A stretch of DNA of 64,000 nt. It comes from a virus. The stretch lies in IMG/VR virus record IMGVR_UViG_3300045988_132810, positions 1 through 64,000 of that record, one strand, 5' to 3'. Position 1 is the stretch's first letter; each line of letters opens with the position of its first letter. Both the position numbers and the translations under genes were made by a program. The notes below the pieces were generated by a model, which made no database searches, was not told the origin of the DNA, and worked only from the letters and a program-made list of their open reading frames with translations. Below, piece after piece: positions 1 to 9,590 of this stretch.

Positions 1-107
1 AAGGAACTGATAGGTATAGCAAAGCAGAAGAATGCTGTGAACAGCTTGAAGAATGTATTGATTTGCTTAGTGAAGTGATTGACATCATGGAGGAGGTCGT
101 AACGTAA

Positions 108-590
108 ATGAATAATGGCGTCATGTGTGATTATTTTGAATATAATGGCATTAGATACTATACTGGTTCAAAATTTAAATGTAACAATTTTGTAAAGACA
201 AACGTTCAACTTTTTCCAGAAATTGAAGTCACATTTGTCAAGTACAATAAGAAGTCTAATATTTGCCGCATTCGCAGTAATGTTGCTATGTGTGAATTTG
301 AGTTCGCGCTTAGTACTTTTACAGACAATATTATTTGCGTCACTTGTCCTAAGACAAAAGAAGTTGTAAATAAAACAAATGAAAAATATGAAAATGACAA
401 ACAATACTATCACTGGATTGAAGACGGAGAAGACTGCTATAAGGCAAAGCCAGATGGCCTTGCTATTGGCTGGATGTGGTATATTTTTTTGATGGCAATT
501 GCAGCGATCTTTAATGGAGTTCTTGGACTCTGGGCGTTGATTACGTTTGGTTTTGTAAAATGGAGAAAAAAGAAAATTAAGGAGGGATAA
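108..590 (+). CDS. hypothetical protein with C-terminal membrane anchor
   Basis: 160-aa ORF; hydrophobic run LAIGWMWYIFLMAIAAIFNGVLGLWALITFGF followed by KWRKKK; abuts next gene. Confidence 0.5.
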   Translation: MNNGVMCDYFEYNGIRYYTGSKFKCNNFVKTNVQLFPEIEVTFVKYNKKSNICRIRSNVAMCEFEFALSTFTDNIICVTCPKTKEVVNKTNEKYENDKQYYHWIEDGEDCYKAKPDGLAIGWMWYIFLMAIAAIFNGVLGLWALITFGFVKWRKKKIKEG

Positions 591-592
591 AA

Positions 593-1567
593 ATGACAGG
601 CAGAACTGAAAAGGAAATTGCATCTACGAAGAAAATGCAAGAAAAATTGAAAGAGCTCCCTAAAATCTTTTCTGAATTTTATTATTATATGTGTTCGACA
701 AAATCTTATACAACAGTCGAAAGATATGTTGCATATGTAAGGGAATTCGCAGAATTTTTGAACGACGGGGACATTCCAAACAATTTTTACAAGAGAGTTG
801 CTCCGCTAGATATCAATAAATATTTCGCCGCAATGAAGAATAAAGAAAGCGCACATGGGCATTATAATACAAGTGACAGTATTCGTGCGACAAAATGGTC
901 TGCGTTGAATACTTTCTTTGGATTTCTTAAGAGTAATAACTATATTGCAAATAATCCAATGGAGAGAACGGAGCGTCCAAAAGTTCAAGATAGACCAGAC
1001 GTTGCTTACTTGACAGAAGAAGAAATTCAGGCAATGCTGGACAATGTTAACAAACTTGCAAGCACAAAAATGAAAAACAGAGATCTGGCGATTATTATGC
1101 TTGGACTTACAACTGGACTTCGTGTATCAGCACTTACGCAAATTGATATTAGTGATATTGATTTTGAGAATAATACTATTAAGGTAATTGAAAAAAGAGG
1201 AAAAACATGTAACATTCTTATTGGCGACAAGGTAAAAGAACAGATTGAATTGTGGCTCCAAGATAGAAAAAAATATTTTAGTATGACAGATTCCGATGCA
1301 CTATTTATTTCTAGTTTTAAGAAAAGAATTACTAGAGATGGGATCAGAGTAATTCTAGAAAAGTATAGCAAAGGTGTTATAAATAAGCATGTTACTCCAC
1401 ATGTGCTAAGGCATTCTTGTGCAACAAATCTGTATGAAAAAACAGGAGATATTTATCTTTGTGCAACAGTGCTAAATCATAAAAATATTGCTACTACTAT
1501 GAGATATGCAAATATGTCTAAAGACAAAAAACAGCAAGCTGCAAACATTTTGGATGATATGATTTAA
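593..1567 (+). CDS. tyrosine recombinase (XerC/XerD-like integrase family)
   Basis: 324-aa ORF after GGAGGG RBS; catalytic signature visible: TGLRVSAL (Arg), HVLRHSCAT (His-x-x-Arg), TTMRY (Tyr). Confidence 0.85.
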   Translation: MTGRTEKEIASTKKMQEKLKELPKIFSEFYYYMCSTKSYTTVERYVAYVREFAEFLNDGDIPNNFYKRVAPLDINKYFAAMKNKESAHGHYNTSDSIRATKWSALNTFFGFLKSNNYIANNPMERTERPKVQDRPDVAYLTEEEIQAMLDNVNKLASTKMKNRDLAIIMLGLTTGLRVSALTQIDISDIDFENNTIKVIEKRGKTCNILIGDKVKEQIELWLQDRKKYFSMTDSDALFISSFKKRITRDGIRVILEKYSKGVINKHVTPHVLRHSCATNLYEKTGDIYLCATVLNHKNIATTMRYANMSKDKKQQAANILDDMI

Positions 1568-1573
1568 TAAGAT

Positions 1574-1602
1574 TTGACAGTTATAATTTTGTACTGTACA
1601 AT
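1574..1602 (+). promoter_or_regulatory. sigma-70-type promoter
   Basis: TTGACA-17 nt-TACAAT; spacer holds the window-wide motif in reverse orientation (TATAATTTTGTACTG). Confidence 0.6.
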
Positions 1603-1635
1603 AAAAGAAACGAGAAATTCACAAGGGGTGATCAT

Positions 1636-2556
1636 GTGTTTTACAATGAGGAGGTAAAGATACAATTTATAAACGATTATAAAAGAAGTAGAATTGTAGC
1701 AGAGACTTCATTAACAGGAATGTTTAACAAAACATATAAATACGAACAACAAAAAGGGAAAGATTGTAATAGCTTTTCAAGAAAAGAAATATTAGCGATG
1801 TATAAAGAATTTGATGCAAAATCTGTGCATGTGCTTGAAAATTACAATGTATATTTGAAAAGCTATTCTATTTTCTGTATGCATCATGGTTTTTGTAAGA
1901 AAAATAATTATGCAGATATAAATAAAGCTATGCTGCTTCAATGCCTTGATACAGAAACATTGAATCAAAAATTCTTAACAAGGGAACAGCTTGATGATAT
2001 AGAAGATGAGTTATATAACTATACAGATAAAGCGCTTTTAGAATTGCTATGGGAAGGCATTAGCGGCAAAAGTATGGAAGATATTGTTGCTCTTAATAGA
2101 AGTATGATTAGCGAAGATAAAAAATATATATGTTTTAATGATGGACGAAAAGTTAAATTATCATCAAAATTATATAATTATTTAGACAAGGCATTTTCAG
2201 AAAAAGAATATATGTGTTATGGAACAACTATTAGGGTTAAAAAATTAATTGGAGATGACTGTCTCTATAAAGAAATGGATAATGCATATACAGTAGACTC
2301 AGACGATAAATTTTTCCGCTGGGTATATAGAAGAGTTCAAACATATAGAAAACATGTAGATATGCCATTGCTGACAATGAAGGCACTTGCTGCATCTGGG
2401 CTATTGTATAAAATTAAAAATGCAATGGAAAAAAACAATCTTGGATTAAGAGAATTTTTATATACAGAAGAAGGCAAAGCATTGGCGCAACAATATGGAT
2501 ATAAGTTAAATTCATATGTTGATGTTATTGCTAATAAATTTATAGATTTTGTATAG
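1636..2556 (+). CDS. hypothetical protein downstream of recombinase
   Basis: 306-aa ORF, GTG start 7 nt after AAGGGG RBS; family not recognised by eye. Confidence 0.6.
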   Translation: MFYNEEVKIQFINDYKRSRIVAETSLTGMFNKTYKYEQQKGKDCNSFSRKEILAMYKEFDAKSVHVLENYNVYLKSYSIFCMHHGFCKKNNYADINKAMLLQCLDTETLNQKFLTREQLDDIEDELYNYTDKALLELLWEGISGKSMEDIVALNRSMISEDKKYICFNDGRKVKLSSKLYNYLDKAFSEKEYMCYGTTIRVKKLIGDDCLYKEMDNAYTVDSDDKFFRWVYRRVQTYRKHVDMPLLTMKALAASGLLYKIKNAMEKNNLGLREFLYTEEGKALAQQYGYKLNSYVDVIANKFIDFV

Positions 2557-2588
2557 GCCGTAATGGTGCGGTCTATAATCTTAATTAA

Positions 2589-2603
2589 CAATACAAAATT
2601 ATA
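2589..2603 (+). promoter_or_regulatory. conserved intergenic motif copy (CAATACAAAATTATA)
   Basis: exact core ACAAAATTAT; lies 15 nt upstream of the -35 of the 2618 promoter. Confidence 0.6.
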
Positions 2604-2617
2604 ATTGCAAAAAATAG

Positions 2618-2646
2618 TTGCCGAACATATGTTTTTATTGTATAAT
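2618..2646 (+). promoter_or_regulatory. sigma-70-type promoter
   Basis: TTGCCG-17 nt-TATAAT upstream of ORF 2709. Confidence 0.5.
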
Positions 2647-2708
2647 TTTTGTATAAGAGAGAAGCAAAGGTAAATTATTTTACATTACAAAAGGGGAGAC
2701 ATAATTTT

Positions 2709-2960
2709 ATGGAAAAGAAAATTGTAAATGACTTACATAATCTAAATGGTAAGAATGGGGAAATAACAATACATCATGATTGGTATGGAAATCAAAAAAT
2801 TAGGGGAATTTTCCATATTATTGATGATGGAGAAAGGATTGGTGTTAAATTGAAAGATAATGAAATCTTTTTATGGAACAATGAAATTACAAACATTGAG
2901 GTAAGTGGAAATTACGCAATGATCAAAGGAGAGTCCATGCAAATTAAAATCGAAATATAA
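2709..2960 (+). CDS. hypothetical protein
   Basis: ATG 2709 (MEKKIVNDL) preceded by AAAGGGGAG RBS; the ORF-track start at 2649 lacks an RBS. Confidence 0.5.
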   Translation: MEKKIVNDLHNLNGKNGEITIHHDWYGNQKIRGIFHIIDDGERIGVKLKDNEIFLWNNEITNIEVSGNYAMIKGESMQIKIEI

Positions 2961-2986
2961 AATTTTTCGCTCTCTGATAAAAAAGC

Positions 2987-3015
2987 TTGACAAGACACAA
3001 TTATTATGGTATAAT
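2987..3015 (+). promoter_or_regulatory. sigma-70-type promoter (consensus)
   Basis: TTGACA-17 nt-TATAAT. Confidence 0.7.
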
Positions 3016-3032
3016 GCAATCGTAATGAGATG

Positions 3033-3048
3033 TAATACAAAATTATAG
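3033..3048 (+). promoter_or_regulatory. conserved intergenic motif copy (TAATACAAAATTATAG)
   Basis: 18 nt downstream of the -10 at 3010-3015 and 36 nt upstream of ATG 3085. Confidence 0.6.
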
Positions 3049-3084
3049 TCTTTTCAATTGTTAAGAAAGGGGGATGAATAATGA

Positions 3085-3294
3085 ATGAAATCAGAGAGCG
3101 TCAATGTTCAATGCCAGAAATGTGGAACAATTTTTCAGGTTGATGAACGAAATAATTATATTGAGTATTTATATATACAAGCGAAATGTCCATGCTGTGA
3201 GCACGAAAATGATATGTTGAATATAGGGAAAGACATTTTAGATAAATACACATATTATAATGTGGTCATGGATGAAAGATATTATAGGTATTAA
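3085..3294 (+). CDS. small zinc-ribbon protein, function unknown
   Basis: 69 aa with two CxxC pairs (CQKCG, CPCCE); GGGGGA RBS. Confidence 0.5.
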   Translation: MKSESVNVQCQKCGTIFQVDERNNYIEYLYIQAKCPCCEHENDMLNIGKDILDKYTYYNVVMDERYYRY

Positions 3295-3310
3295 TTTTTA
3301 TTTTATTAAA

Positions 3311-3326
3311 CAATACAAAATTATAG
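3311..3326 (+). promoter_or_regulatory. conserved intergenic motif copy (CAATACAAAATTATAG)
   Basis: 20 nt upstream of ATG 3347, directly before AAGGAG RBS; no -35/-10 pair nearby. Confidence 0.6.
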
Positions 3327-3346
3327 AAAAAGGAGACTAATAAGAT

Positions 3347-4420
3347 ATGGCAAACAAACTTTTTGAACTTCCACAAACCAAGGGAACCTTTCAGGTTAGA
3401 GGAATTGTAAGCGGAGTAGAGAAGGATAACTTCTATACAGAAAAGAAGACCAAGACAGGCAAGGATTTCCGTATGGTTAACTTTGGCGTAGAATATGAGG
3501 ACAAGAAGACAATTTATCCTTCGCTTAATGGTATGCCGCGCGATAAGGTATATTTTAGTAAGAAGGATGAAGATGGCAAGACAGAAGTAAAGGCAATTGC
3601 TTGGAAGGATAGAATTAAGAATGCACCAGAGGGATATCGTATGATTGGTGTACTGACTGGGCTTAAGAAAGTTCCGGGAGATAATGGCAAGCTCAAGAAT
3701 GACAATCATTATAGAACAGAATATGATGCATGTGAATATATTAATGAAAATCTTAATGATGGTGATTCTGTTTTTGTTAAAGGAAATCTAGAATTTGGCA
3801 GTTATACTAACAAAGATGGAGAAGTCTCTCGTACCACAAAGTTTGTCCCAACACAAGTTTCTCTATGTCAGAAGGATGTTGACTTTGAGGCGGAGGATTA
3901 TGCTCCCGCTCATGATTTTACGCAGACAATTGTTTTTGTTGGTATTGATCAGGAAAGAGAAAACGACAAACCAACCGGTCGATTCGTAGTTGATGCAAAG
4001 ATTGTAAATTATAACTCTATTGAGTCTGCTGAATTTATTATTGAAGATGCAAAGCTCGCAAAGCAGATGCGCAGTGGGCTAAAGCCTTATAATTCCATTC
4101 AGGTTCATGGGCACATCAATGTTGTTAATAATGTTGAAGACATGAATGATGAGGAAGATGATGATTGCTGGGGCGAATCTAATGATATGGACAATAAGAG
4201 AGTTTTTGCACCGACTCATCGAGAACTTATTATTACAGGTGCAAAGCCATCAACTATTGACAAAGACACATATACTGAAAAGGCAATTGATGAGGCAATT
4301 AAGAAGGTAAATGCATCAAAGAAAGCAGAACAGGATTTCACTGGTAAGGCAGAGTCAACATTCAATGTAGATGATGATTGGGGCGACGATACATCTGACG
4401 ATGAAGATGTGCCATGGTGA
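3347..4420 (+). CDS. putative single-stranded DNA-binding protein
   Basis: 357 aa; acidic C-terminal tail DDDWGDDTSDDEDVPW resembles SSB C-terminal tips; located in replication module. Confidence 0.5.
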   Translation: MANKLFELPQTKGTFQVRGIVSGVEKDNFYTEKKTKTGKDFRMVNFGVEYEDKKTIYPSLNGMPRDKVYFSKKDEDGKTEVKAIAWKDRIKNAPEGYRMIGVLTGLKKVPGDNGKLKNDNHYRTEYDACEYINENLNDGDSVFVKGNLEFGSYTNKDGEVSRTTKFVPTQVSLCQKDVDFEAEDYAPAHDFTQTIVFVGIDQERENDKPTGRFVVDAKIVNYNSIESAEFIIEDAKLAKQMRSGLKPYNSIQVHGHINVVNNVEDMNDEEDDDCWGESNDMDNKRVFAPTHRELIITGAKPSTIDKDTYTEKAIDEAIKKVNASKKAEQDFTGKAESTFNVDDDWGDDTSDDEDVPW

Positions 4421-4432
4421 GAATCCATAAGT

Positions 4433-4458
4433 CTAGGGAAGAATTAAAGCTTCCCTAG
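4433..4458 (+). terminator. stem-loop after SSB-like gene (weak terminator or attenuator)
   Basis: CTAGGGAAG / CTTCCCTAG 9-bp stem; no clear T-run follows. Confidence 0.35.
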
Positions 4459-4459
4459 A

Positions 4460-4475
4460 CAATACTAAATTATAG
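4460..4475 (+). promoter_or_regulatory. conserved intergenic motif copy, variant (CAATACTAAATTATAG)
   Basis: one mismatch to consensus; 18 nt upstream of ATG 4494. Confidence 0.5.
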
Positions 4476-4493
4476 ACAGCGAAGTGATAATAG

Positions 4494-5504
4494 ATGGAAG
4501 AATTAAAAGAAATGAATTCTTCCGTTGATGGGCTACAAGATACAACATATGCGGAAGTAAAAGATCCATATGGATTTATTTATATCACAACGAATTTGAT
4601 TGATGGCAAAAGATATTTAGGCCAAAGAAAATTCTATGGAAATTGGCAAGAATATCTTGGTAGTGGTGCAGCATTTAAACAAGCAATTGACAAATATGGA
4701 AAAGAAAATTTTGTAAGAAATGTAATTGATATTGCTTATTCTGCAGAAGAATTAAATGAAAAGGAATATAATTATAGTGTTTTCTTTAATGCTGTTGAAT
4801 CTAACAATTGGTATAATCTTGTTTATGGTGGAGGAACAACGCAAGGATGAACTCCAAGTAAAGAAACAAGAAAAAAGATATCAAAAGCTGCAAAAGAAAG
4901 ACTTTCAGATCCAAATAATCATCCAATGTATGGAAGAGTAGGATTAGTAGGCGAGAATAATCCCCAGTTTAAAGTTTCTCCAAAAGAACGCATGGATGAA
5001 GAAACATATAAACAATGGTATGAAAAACATAAATTATATTGGGCAAATCCAACAACTAAAGGCAAACATATATGGATAGAAAAACAACATCCCAGTTTAG
5101 GTAAAAAAATGTCAGATGAACAAAAATTAAATCTATCAGAAAAAGCAAAAGAAAGATTTATAAATCCAAGCAATCATCCAATGTATGGGAAACATCACAC
5201 AGAAGAAGCAAAGAAAAAGATGAGTGATTCTCGTAAAGGTAGTAATTGGTGGAAATGTAGAAGAATATATTGTATAGAATTAAATCAAATTTTTTGGGGA
5301 GCAAAAGAAGTACAAAATTTATATGGATTTGATCCAAGCTCTATTACAAAGTGCTGTAGAGGTAAACAAAATTATACGTATAAACATCCACAAACAGGCG
5401 AGGCATTGCATTGGTTGTATGCGGAAGATGCAATTGAAAAAGGATATATCACACAAGAAGAGTTAGATAGATATATAAATAGTTTAAAAGGTAAAGGAGA
5501 CTGA
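4494..5504 (+). pseudogene. GIY-YIG homing endonuclease with NUMOD3-like repeats, interrupted by one in-frame TGA (4848-4850)
   Basis: N-terminal GFIYITTN..KRYLGQ (GIY-YIG); ORFs 4494-4850 and 4926-5504 are in the same frame. Reading through the TGA gives GGGTTQG*TPSKETRKKISKAAKERLSDPNNHPMYGR, continuous with three NHPMYG(K/R) repeats. Confidence 0.75.
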
Positions 5505-5511
5505 TATTATT

Positions 5512-6588
5512 ATGGCTTTATGGAAGAAAAATGAGGTAACAGTAGATATTACTAACTATCGCCACTATTGGAGAGCACCAAAAAAATGGGGCAAAACTAC
5601 ATTGTTTGCAAATTTAATTAAAGAACTATATGGCGACATGAGTCATGGCCTATTGATTAGCTGTGGAAATGAGAGAGGTTATCTTGCTCTTGACAATCTA
5701 ATGGTTGCTGATTGCCCAGATTGGTCTACACTAATGGAAGTCGTTGACGAACTAGTAGAAAATAAGGACGAAAATTCGTTTTCTATTATTGCATTTGATA
5801 CCGTTGACGAATGGATTTCTATGGCTCAAAAGGAAATTGTGCGTCTTGACTATAAGAAGTCTGGCACCAAGCATGAATTTAATGCGTGTTTTGGAGGTTA
5901 TGGAGCTGGGCGTAGAAAAGTGGATGAGCTAATTAATTCCGTTATTACCAGACTAGAATCTAGTGGGTACTGTCTAGTGTTTATTGGGCACACTAAGATT
6001 AAGGATATTAAAGAGAAAAATGGCGATGAATACCAGATGCTTACATCTAATCTTTCAACAGATTATGATTCGATTTTTGCTAATAAGGCAGATATTTGTA
6101 TGATGGGTGTTATTGAAAGAGAAATTACTGATGGGCATGTAGATGGTGTTAGCAGATGGATGTACTTTCGTGGAAATGGATATATTGATGCAGGTGGTAG
6201 ATTTGAAGATATTGCTGACAGAGTAGAAGTTTCTGCAAAGAATTATATTGATACTGTCAAGGATGCAATTAAGAACTCTATTAAGTCTCATGACGCAACA
6301 GACGAATATATTGAGAGCAAATCAAAGCAGGAGAAAAAAGAAAAGGAAGACTATTATAATTCACATAAAGAGGATCTAATGGAAACAGACGAGTTGGATG
6401 TGGAAATTAGAAAAGACGAAGAATGCAAGAACCTTAAGGCAGAAATTAAGGGAGTTCTGTCATCTCTTTCTCCTGAAGACAAGAAAGCCAAACGTGCTGC
6501 CATAAAGGAAGCAGGACTTCCAGACCAGTTCGCCAAGGTTACAGATATTGCTATTCTAAACCAGATTCTTGAAGTAGTTTCACAGTAA
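5512..6588 (+). CDS. AAA/RecA-like ATPase (Sak4-like recombination/annealing protein)
   Basis: 358 aa; P-loop-like APKKWGKTT, FDTVDE Walker-B-like, FIGHTK; typical phage AAA_24 layout, judged by eye. Confidence 0.6.
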   Translation: MALWKKNEVTVDITNYRHYWRAPKKWGKTTLFANLIKELYGDMSHGLLISCGNERGYLALDNLMVADCPDWSTLMEVVDELVENKDENSFSIIAFDTVDEWISMAQKEIVRLDYKKSGTKHEFNACFGGYGAGRRKVDELINSVITRLESSGYCLVFIGHTKIKDIKEKNGDEYQMLTSNLSTDYDSIFANKADICMMGVIEREITDGHVDGVSRWMYFRGNGYIDAGGRFEDIADRVEVSAKNYIDTVKDAIKNSIKSHDATDEYIESKSKQEKKEKEDYYNSHKEDLMETDELDVEIRKDEECKNLKAEIKGVLSSLSPEDKKAKRAAIKEAGLPDQFAKVTDIAILNQILEVVSQ

Positions 6589-6601
6589 GGAGATACAACA
6601 A

Positions 6602-7267
6602 ATGAGCGCCACTTTAATTAGAAAATGCGCGTTCTGTGGGGAAGATATTGTTTTGACAAAGAATGATATGCATATGGTTTCTTACAAACAGAAAAGCTAT
6701 CATACTGAATGTTTTAAAACAATGTGTAATGGGCGAGTACTAAAAAACAACAGGTACTCGTCCATTTATTCAGATGCCTTACAGAATTTAGATCAACTAG
6801 AATCAGAAGCAAAAAAGAAATTAATGCATCGTTTTGTGCAAGACGAATTCAATGAGTATTTGATTGTACATTATGATGTTGGGGCATTAAGTCGTCGTTT
6901 TTGGTCAATTATTGCAGATATTCAATCTGGAAAATATAATGGAAGACGGTGCAAGCCAATTGAATTAGAAACCTTGTTTGATATGTGGAAGGACTATCAG
7001 AAAGAACTAGACAAAACAAATGCATGGAACAAGCGTCATGGCAAGGTGATTGACGGAGAGGTAAGAGTTAACTATGATCTTGCTATTTTAATGAGTAATT
7101 ATGTAAAATATTCAAAAGCCAAGGAAAAAGCAAAGAAAGAAGCAGAAGAGAAAGAGAAACAAAGTCGCGTTAAAAAGAGTGTAAACATTGATTATAGCAA
7201 AATTAAAGCAGTTGAACAGAATGATGGATTAGGGGATATTAGCGATCTTTTGGAAGACTTAATTTGA
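6602..7267 (+). CDS. hypothetical zinc-finger protein
   Basis: 221 aa; CAFCGE...YHTECF motif; K/E-rich C-terminus. Confidence 0.5.
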   Translation: MSATLIRKCAFCGEDIVLTKNDMHMVSYKQKSYHTECFKTMCNGRVLKNNRYSSIYSDALQNLDQLESEAKKKLMHRFVQDEFNEYLIVHYDVGALSRRFWSIIADIQSGKYNGRRCKPIELETLFDMWKDYQKELDKTNAWNKRHGKVIDGEVRVNYDLAILMSNYVKYSKAKEKAKKEAEEKEKQSRVKKSVNIDYSKIKAVEQNDGLGDISDLLEDLI

Positions 7268-7281
7268 TAGGAAGTGAAAAT

Positions 7282-8811
7282 ATGGAACTTGAATTAACTA
7301 ATAGCCAGTCCGAAATGCTGGTAGTTGGATCATTTTATAAAGAGCCAACATTATATCTAACATATGGAACCTCAATTGTCCCAAAATATGATTTTTCGGA
7401 CAAGGCATGTGAGTTTTTTTATCAGTTATTTTCTGATTATTATGTTTCATATTCTGAAGATTTTACCGAATTGAAAATTAATACGTTCTGCAGCATGTCT
7501 AAAGAGCGTTTTAAACAATATAGACAGTATGGTGGATATAAGACAATTAAAGAATTAATGGCAATGAGCGACCCTCATGATATTAAGAATTATCTTTCAA
7601 TATTTAAGAAGTTTTCATTGCTAAGAGCTTTTAATGAGACTGGATATGATGTATCAAAAATTTTGGCAATTAAGAATTTCAATGCATTAACGCCAGATGA
7701 TATTTGTAGAATTGTTCGTGGCAGAATTGATAAGGTAGCTAATAAAGTACAAGCAATTGATGAACCTGTTGTTCTTACAGAAAACGCAGTTGCATGTATT
7801 GATCAATTCCTATGCATGCCATCTATGGGCGTTGCTGGGCCATGGCCATATCTTCAGAAGTATTATAGAGGATTGCTTCCCGGAAACGTTTTGATGACAG
7901 GAGCTTTGAGCAATAGCGGTAAGGGTAGAAATCTCGTTTATCTTATTGCGTATCTAGTCCTTGTTCAAAAGCAAAAAATTCTATTGCTTGCAAACGAAAT
8001 GTCGGCAGAGAGCATTAAATTGAATTTCTTAGTTACATGCATTAATTCTCCAGAGATTCAAGAGCTACATGGAATTAAAGATATTTATAAACCAGAAAGA
8101 GAAATTGCACTCGGATCATATAAAGATGATAACGGAAAGTACATTTATAGACAGATGGATGATAATGGCGTGTATACAGAAGATGAAGAGTCTTATAAAA
8201 AGAGAATTTATGAAACATCTTCTGAATATCGGAAGGTGCAACGAATTATGCAATGGGTTGAATCTGAAAGTAGTGGAAAATTCTTGTTTAAGAATATCGG
8301 CTCTTGCTATGAAGATGAAGTACTTGAAATGGAAATTAAAAAAGCCAATACAATTTATAAGTGTGATGGTGTAGCATATGATACGCTAAAATGCTCTGGC
8401 CTTGAGGATTTTGCAAAGCTCGCAGCAACAGCGACAAAAATCACAGAATGGATTCATGAAACAAAAATGTATTGCATTTGTACTTTTCAGCTAACAGATT
8501 CAGCGCATGACATTTCAATTGAAAATCTAAACTCGCAAGAGATTGCAAGTTCTAAGAGAATTATGCATGTTACTGACCAAATGCAAATGTGGAAGCATTT
8601 ATCAGCAGATGATAAGCAAAACTATGTATATGTCTGTGAAGATGATACTTGGGGAGAACCAATAGAACATGATTTAAGATATGATAAAAATTATGTTGGA
8701 TTAAGAATTGTAAAGAACAGAGTTGGTTCTAAGAATGATTTGATCTGCTTTGAAGTAGATATGGACGGAAATGTTTGGAAAGAAATTGGTGTGCTTAAGA
8801 AGAAAATGTAA
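7282..8811 (+). CDS. DnaB-like replicative DNA helicase
   Basis: ATG 7282 after GGAAG RBS; N-terminal DnaB-like region, P-loop GALSNSGKGRN, C-terminal RecA-like fold motifs. Confidence 0.55.
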   Translation: MELELTNSQSEMLVVGSFYKEPTLYLTYGTSIVPKYDFSDKACEFFYQLFSDYYVSYSEDFTELKINTFCSMSKERFKQYRQYGGYKTIKELMAMSDPHDIKNYLSIFKKFSLLRAFNETGYDVSKILAIKNFNALTPDDICRIVRGRIDKVANKVQAIDEPVVLTENAVACIDQFLCMPSMGVAGPWPYLQKYYRGLLPGNVLMTGALSNSGKGRNLVYLIAYLVLVQKQKILLLANEMSAESIKLNFLVTCINSPEIQELHGIKDIYKPEREIALGSYKDDNGKYIYRQMDDNGVYTEDEESYKKRIYETSSEYRKVQRIMQWVESESSGKFLFKNIGSCYEDEVLEMEIKKANTIYKCDGVAYDTLKCSGLEDFAKLAATATKITEWIHETKMYCICTFQLTDSAHDISIENLNSQEIASSKRIMHVTDQMQMWKHLSADDKQNYVYVCEDDTWGEPIEHDLRYDKNYVGLRIVKNRVGSKNDLICFEVDMDGNVWKEIGVLKKKM

Positions 8812-8902
8812 AGCCAACAAAGGTGAAATTCTTAGATATAGTCTTAAGATTGATAGTATTAATTAAATAATATTTAGCAATGTATTGATTTAATTATACG
8901 AA

Positions 8903-8936
8903 AACTCCCACTTATATAGTGGGAGTTATTTTTTTA
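8903..8936 (+). terminator. rho-independent terminator
   Basis: ACTCCCAC/GTGGGAGT stem followed by TTATTTTTTT. Confidence 0.8.
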
Positions 8937-8983
8937 TACAAAAGTAGCAAAATATAAACTACAGTTTTGTACAACTTGCTATA

Positions 8984-9011
8984 TTGACAAACCGCAGAAA
9001 TGTGATATACT
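8984..9011 (+). promoter_or_regulatory. sigma-70-type promoter with TGn extension
   Basis: TTGACA-16 nt-TATACT preceded by TGTGA. Confidence 0.6.
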
Positions 9012-9016
9012 GGCTA

Positions 9017-9032
9017 TAGTACAAAATTATAG
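9017..9032 (+). promoter_or_regulatory. conserved intergenic motif copy (TAGTACAAAATTATAG)
   Basis: 6 nt after the -10 and 39 nt upstream of ATG 9072. Confidence 0.6.
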
Positions 9033-9071
9033 TACATCAAGGCGACAAATTTATAAAGGAGCAATCAACAA

Positions 9072-9416
9072 ATGTCAAATGAATATAAGGATTGGCTCAA
9101 TGATCAAAAAGAGCAAAATGAAGTAATTTTTAATCAGCTTCGAAATGGAAAACATCCATTTATTAGTTTGGAAGAACTAGAATTTTTTATCCATTGTATT
9201 AACGATTTTGGTATAAATGGGTTGATTATTCAGCAAAGCTATGTTAATAATGGATTCTATCTTGGTGTGGATGACGCAACTATTAATAAGTGGATGGAAA
9301 AAGATTCGATGAATATTAGAGATTGCCACAAATGTGTCTATGAGGTTGGATGCAATGGCAATCCAGCAGGATGCACATCTTATAAGAGAGATGCGCCAGA
9401 TGGAGGATGTTATTAA
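9072..9416 (+). CDS. hypothetical protein
   Basis: 114-aa ORF after AAGGAG RBS. Confidence 0.55.
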   Translation: MSNEYKDWLNDQKEQNEVIFNQLRNGKHPFISLEELEFFIHCINDFGINGLIIQQSYVNNGFYLGVDDATINKWMEKDSMNIRDCHKCVYEVGCNGNPAGCTSYKRDAPDGGCY

Positions 9417-9417
9417 A

Positions 9418-9585
9418 ATGAATTTTGATAATCGGGTTGTGATTGTAAGTAATTATGCAACTGAAGCACTTAATAATGAACTGAGCTATTGGGGCGATCG
9501 TGGATTTAGGCTAGTCTCTACTGAAATGGCAGCGAATACATGTGGCGTTACAGTTATGTATCTATTTTTTACAAAAGAGGCGTAA
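9418..9585 (+). CDS. hypothetical small protein
   Basis: ATG 9418 (MNFDNRVV) 1 nt after the upstream stop; internal Met of ORF-track 9334..9585. Confidence 0.45.
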   Translation: MNFDNRVVIVSNYATEALNNELSYWGDRGFRLVSTEMAANTCGVTVMYLFFTKEA

Positions 9586-9590
9586 AATCA

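Noticed and set aside
4756-4941. ORF 4756..4941 as a frameshift partner joining the two GIY-YIG pieces
   Set aside because: The two GIY-YIG pieces are already in the same frame and are separated only by a TGA. The alternative-frame ORF has a low-complexity K/Q/I-rich sequence with no motif.
8069-8374. Overlapping same-strand ORFs such as 8069..8374, 3795..3989, 10864..11145, 28907..29128, 30897..31088, 34614..34826, 45026..45259 and 48760..48954
   Set aside because: They lie in alternative frames within longer genes that have recognisable domains, and they have no independent translation signals.
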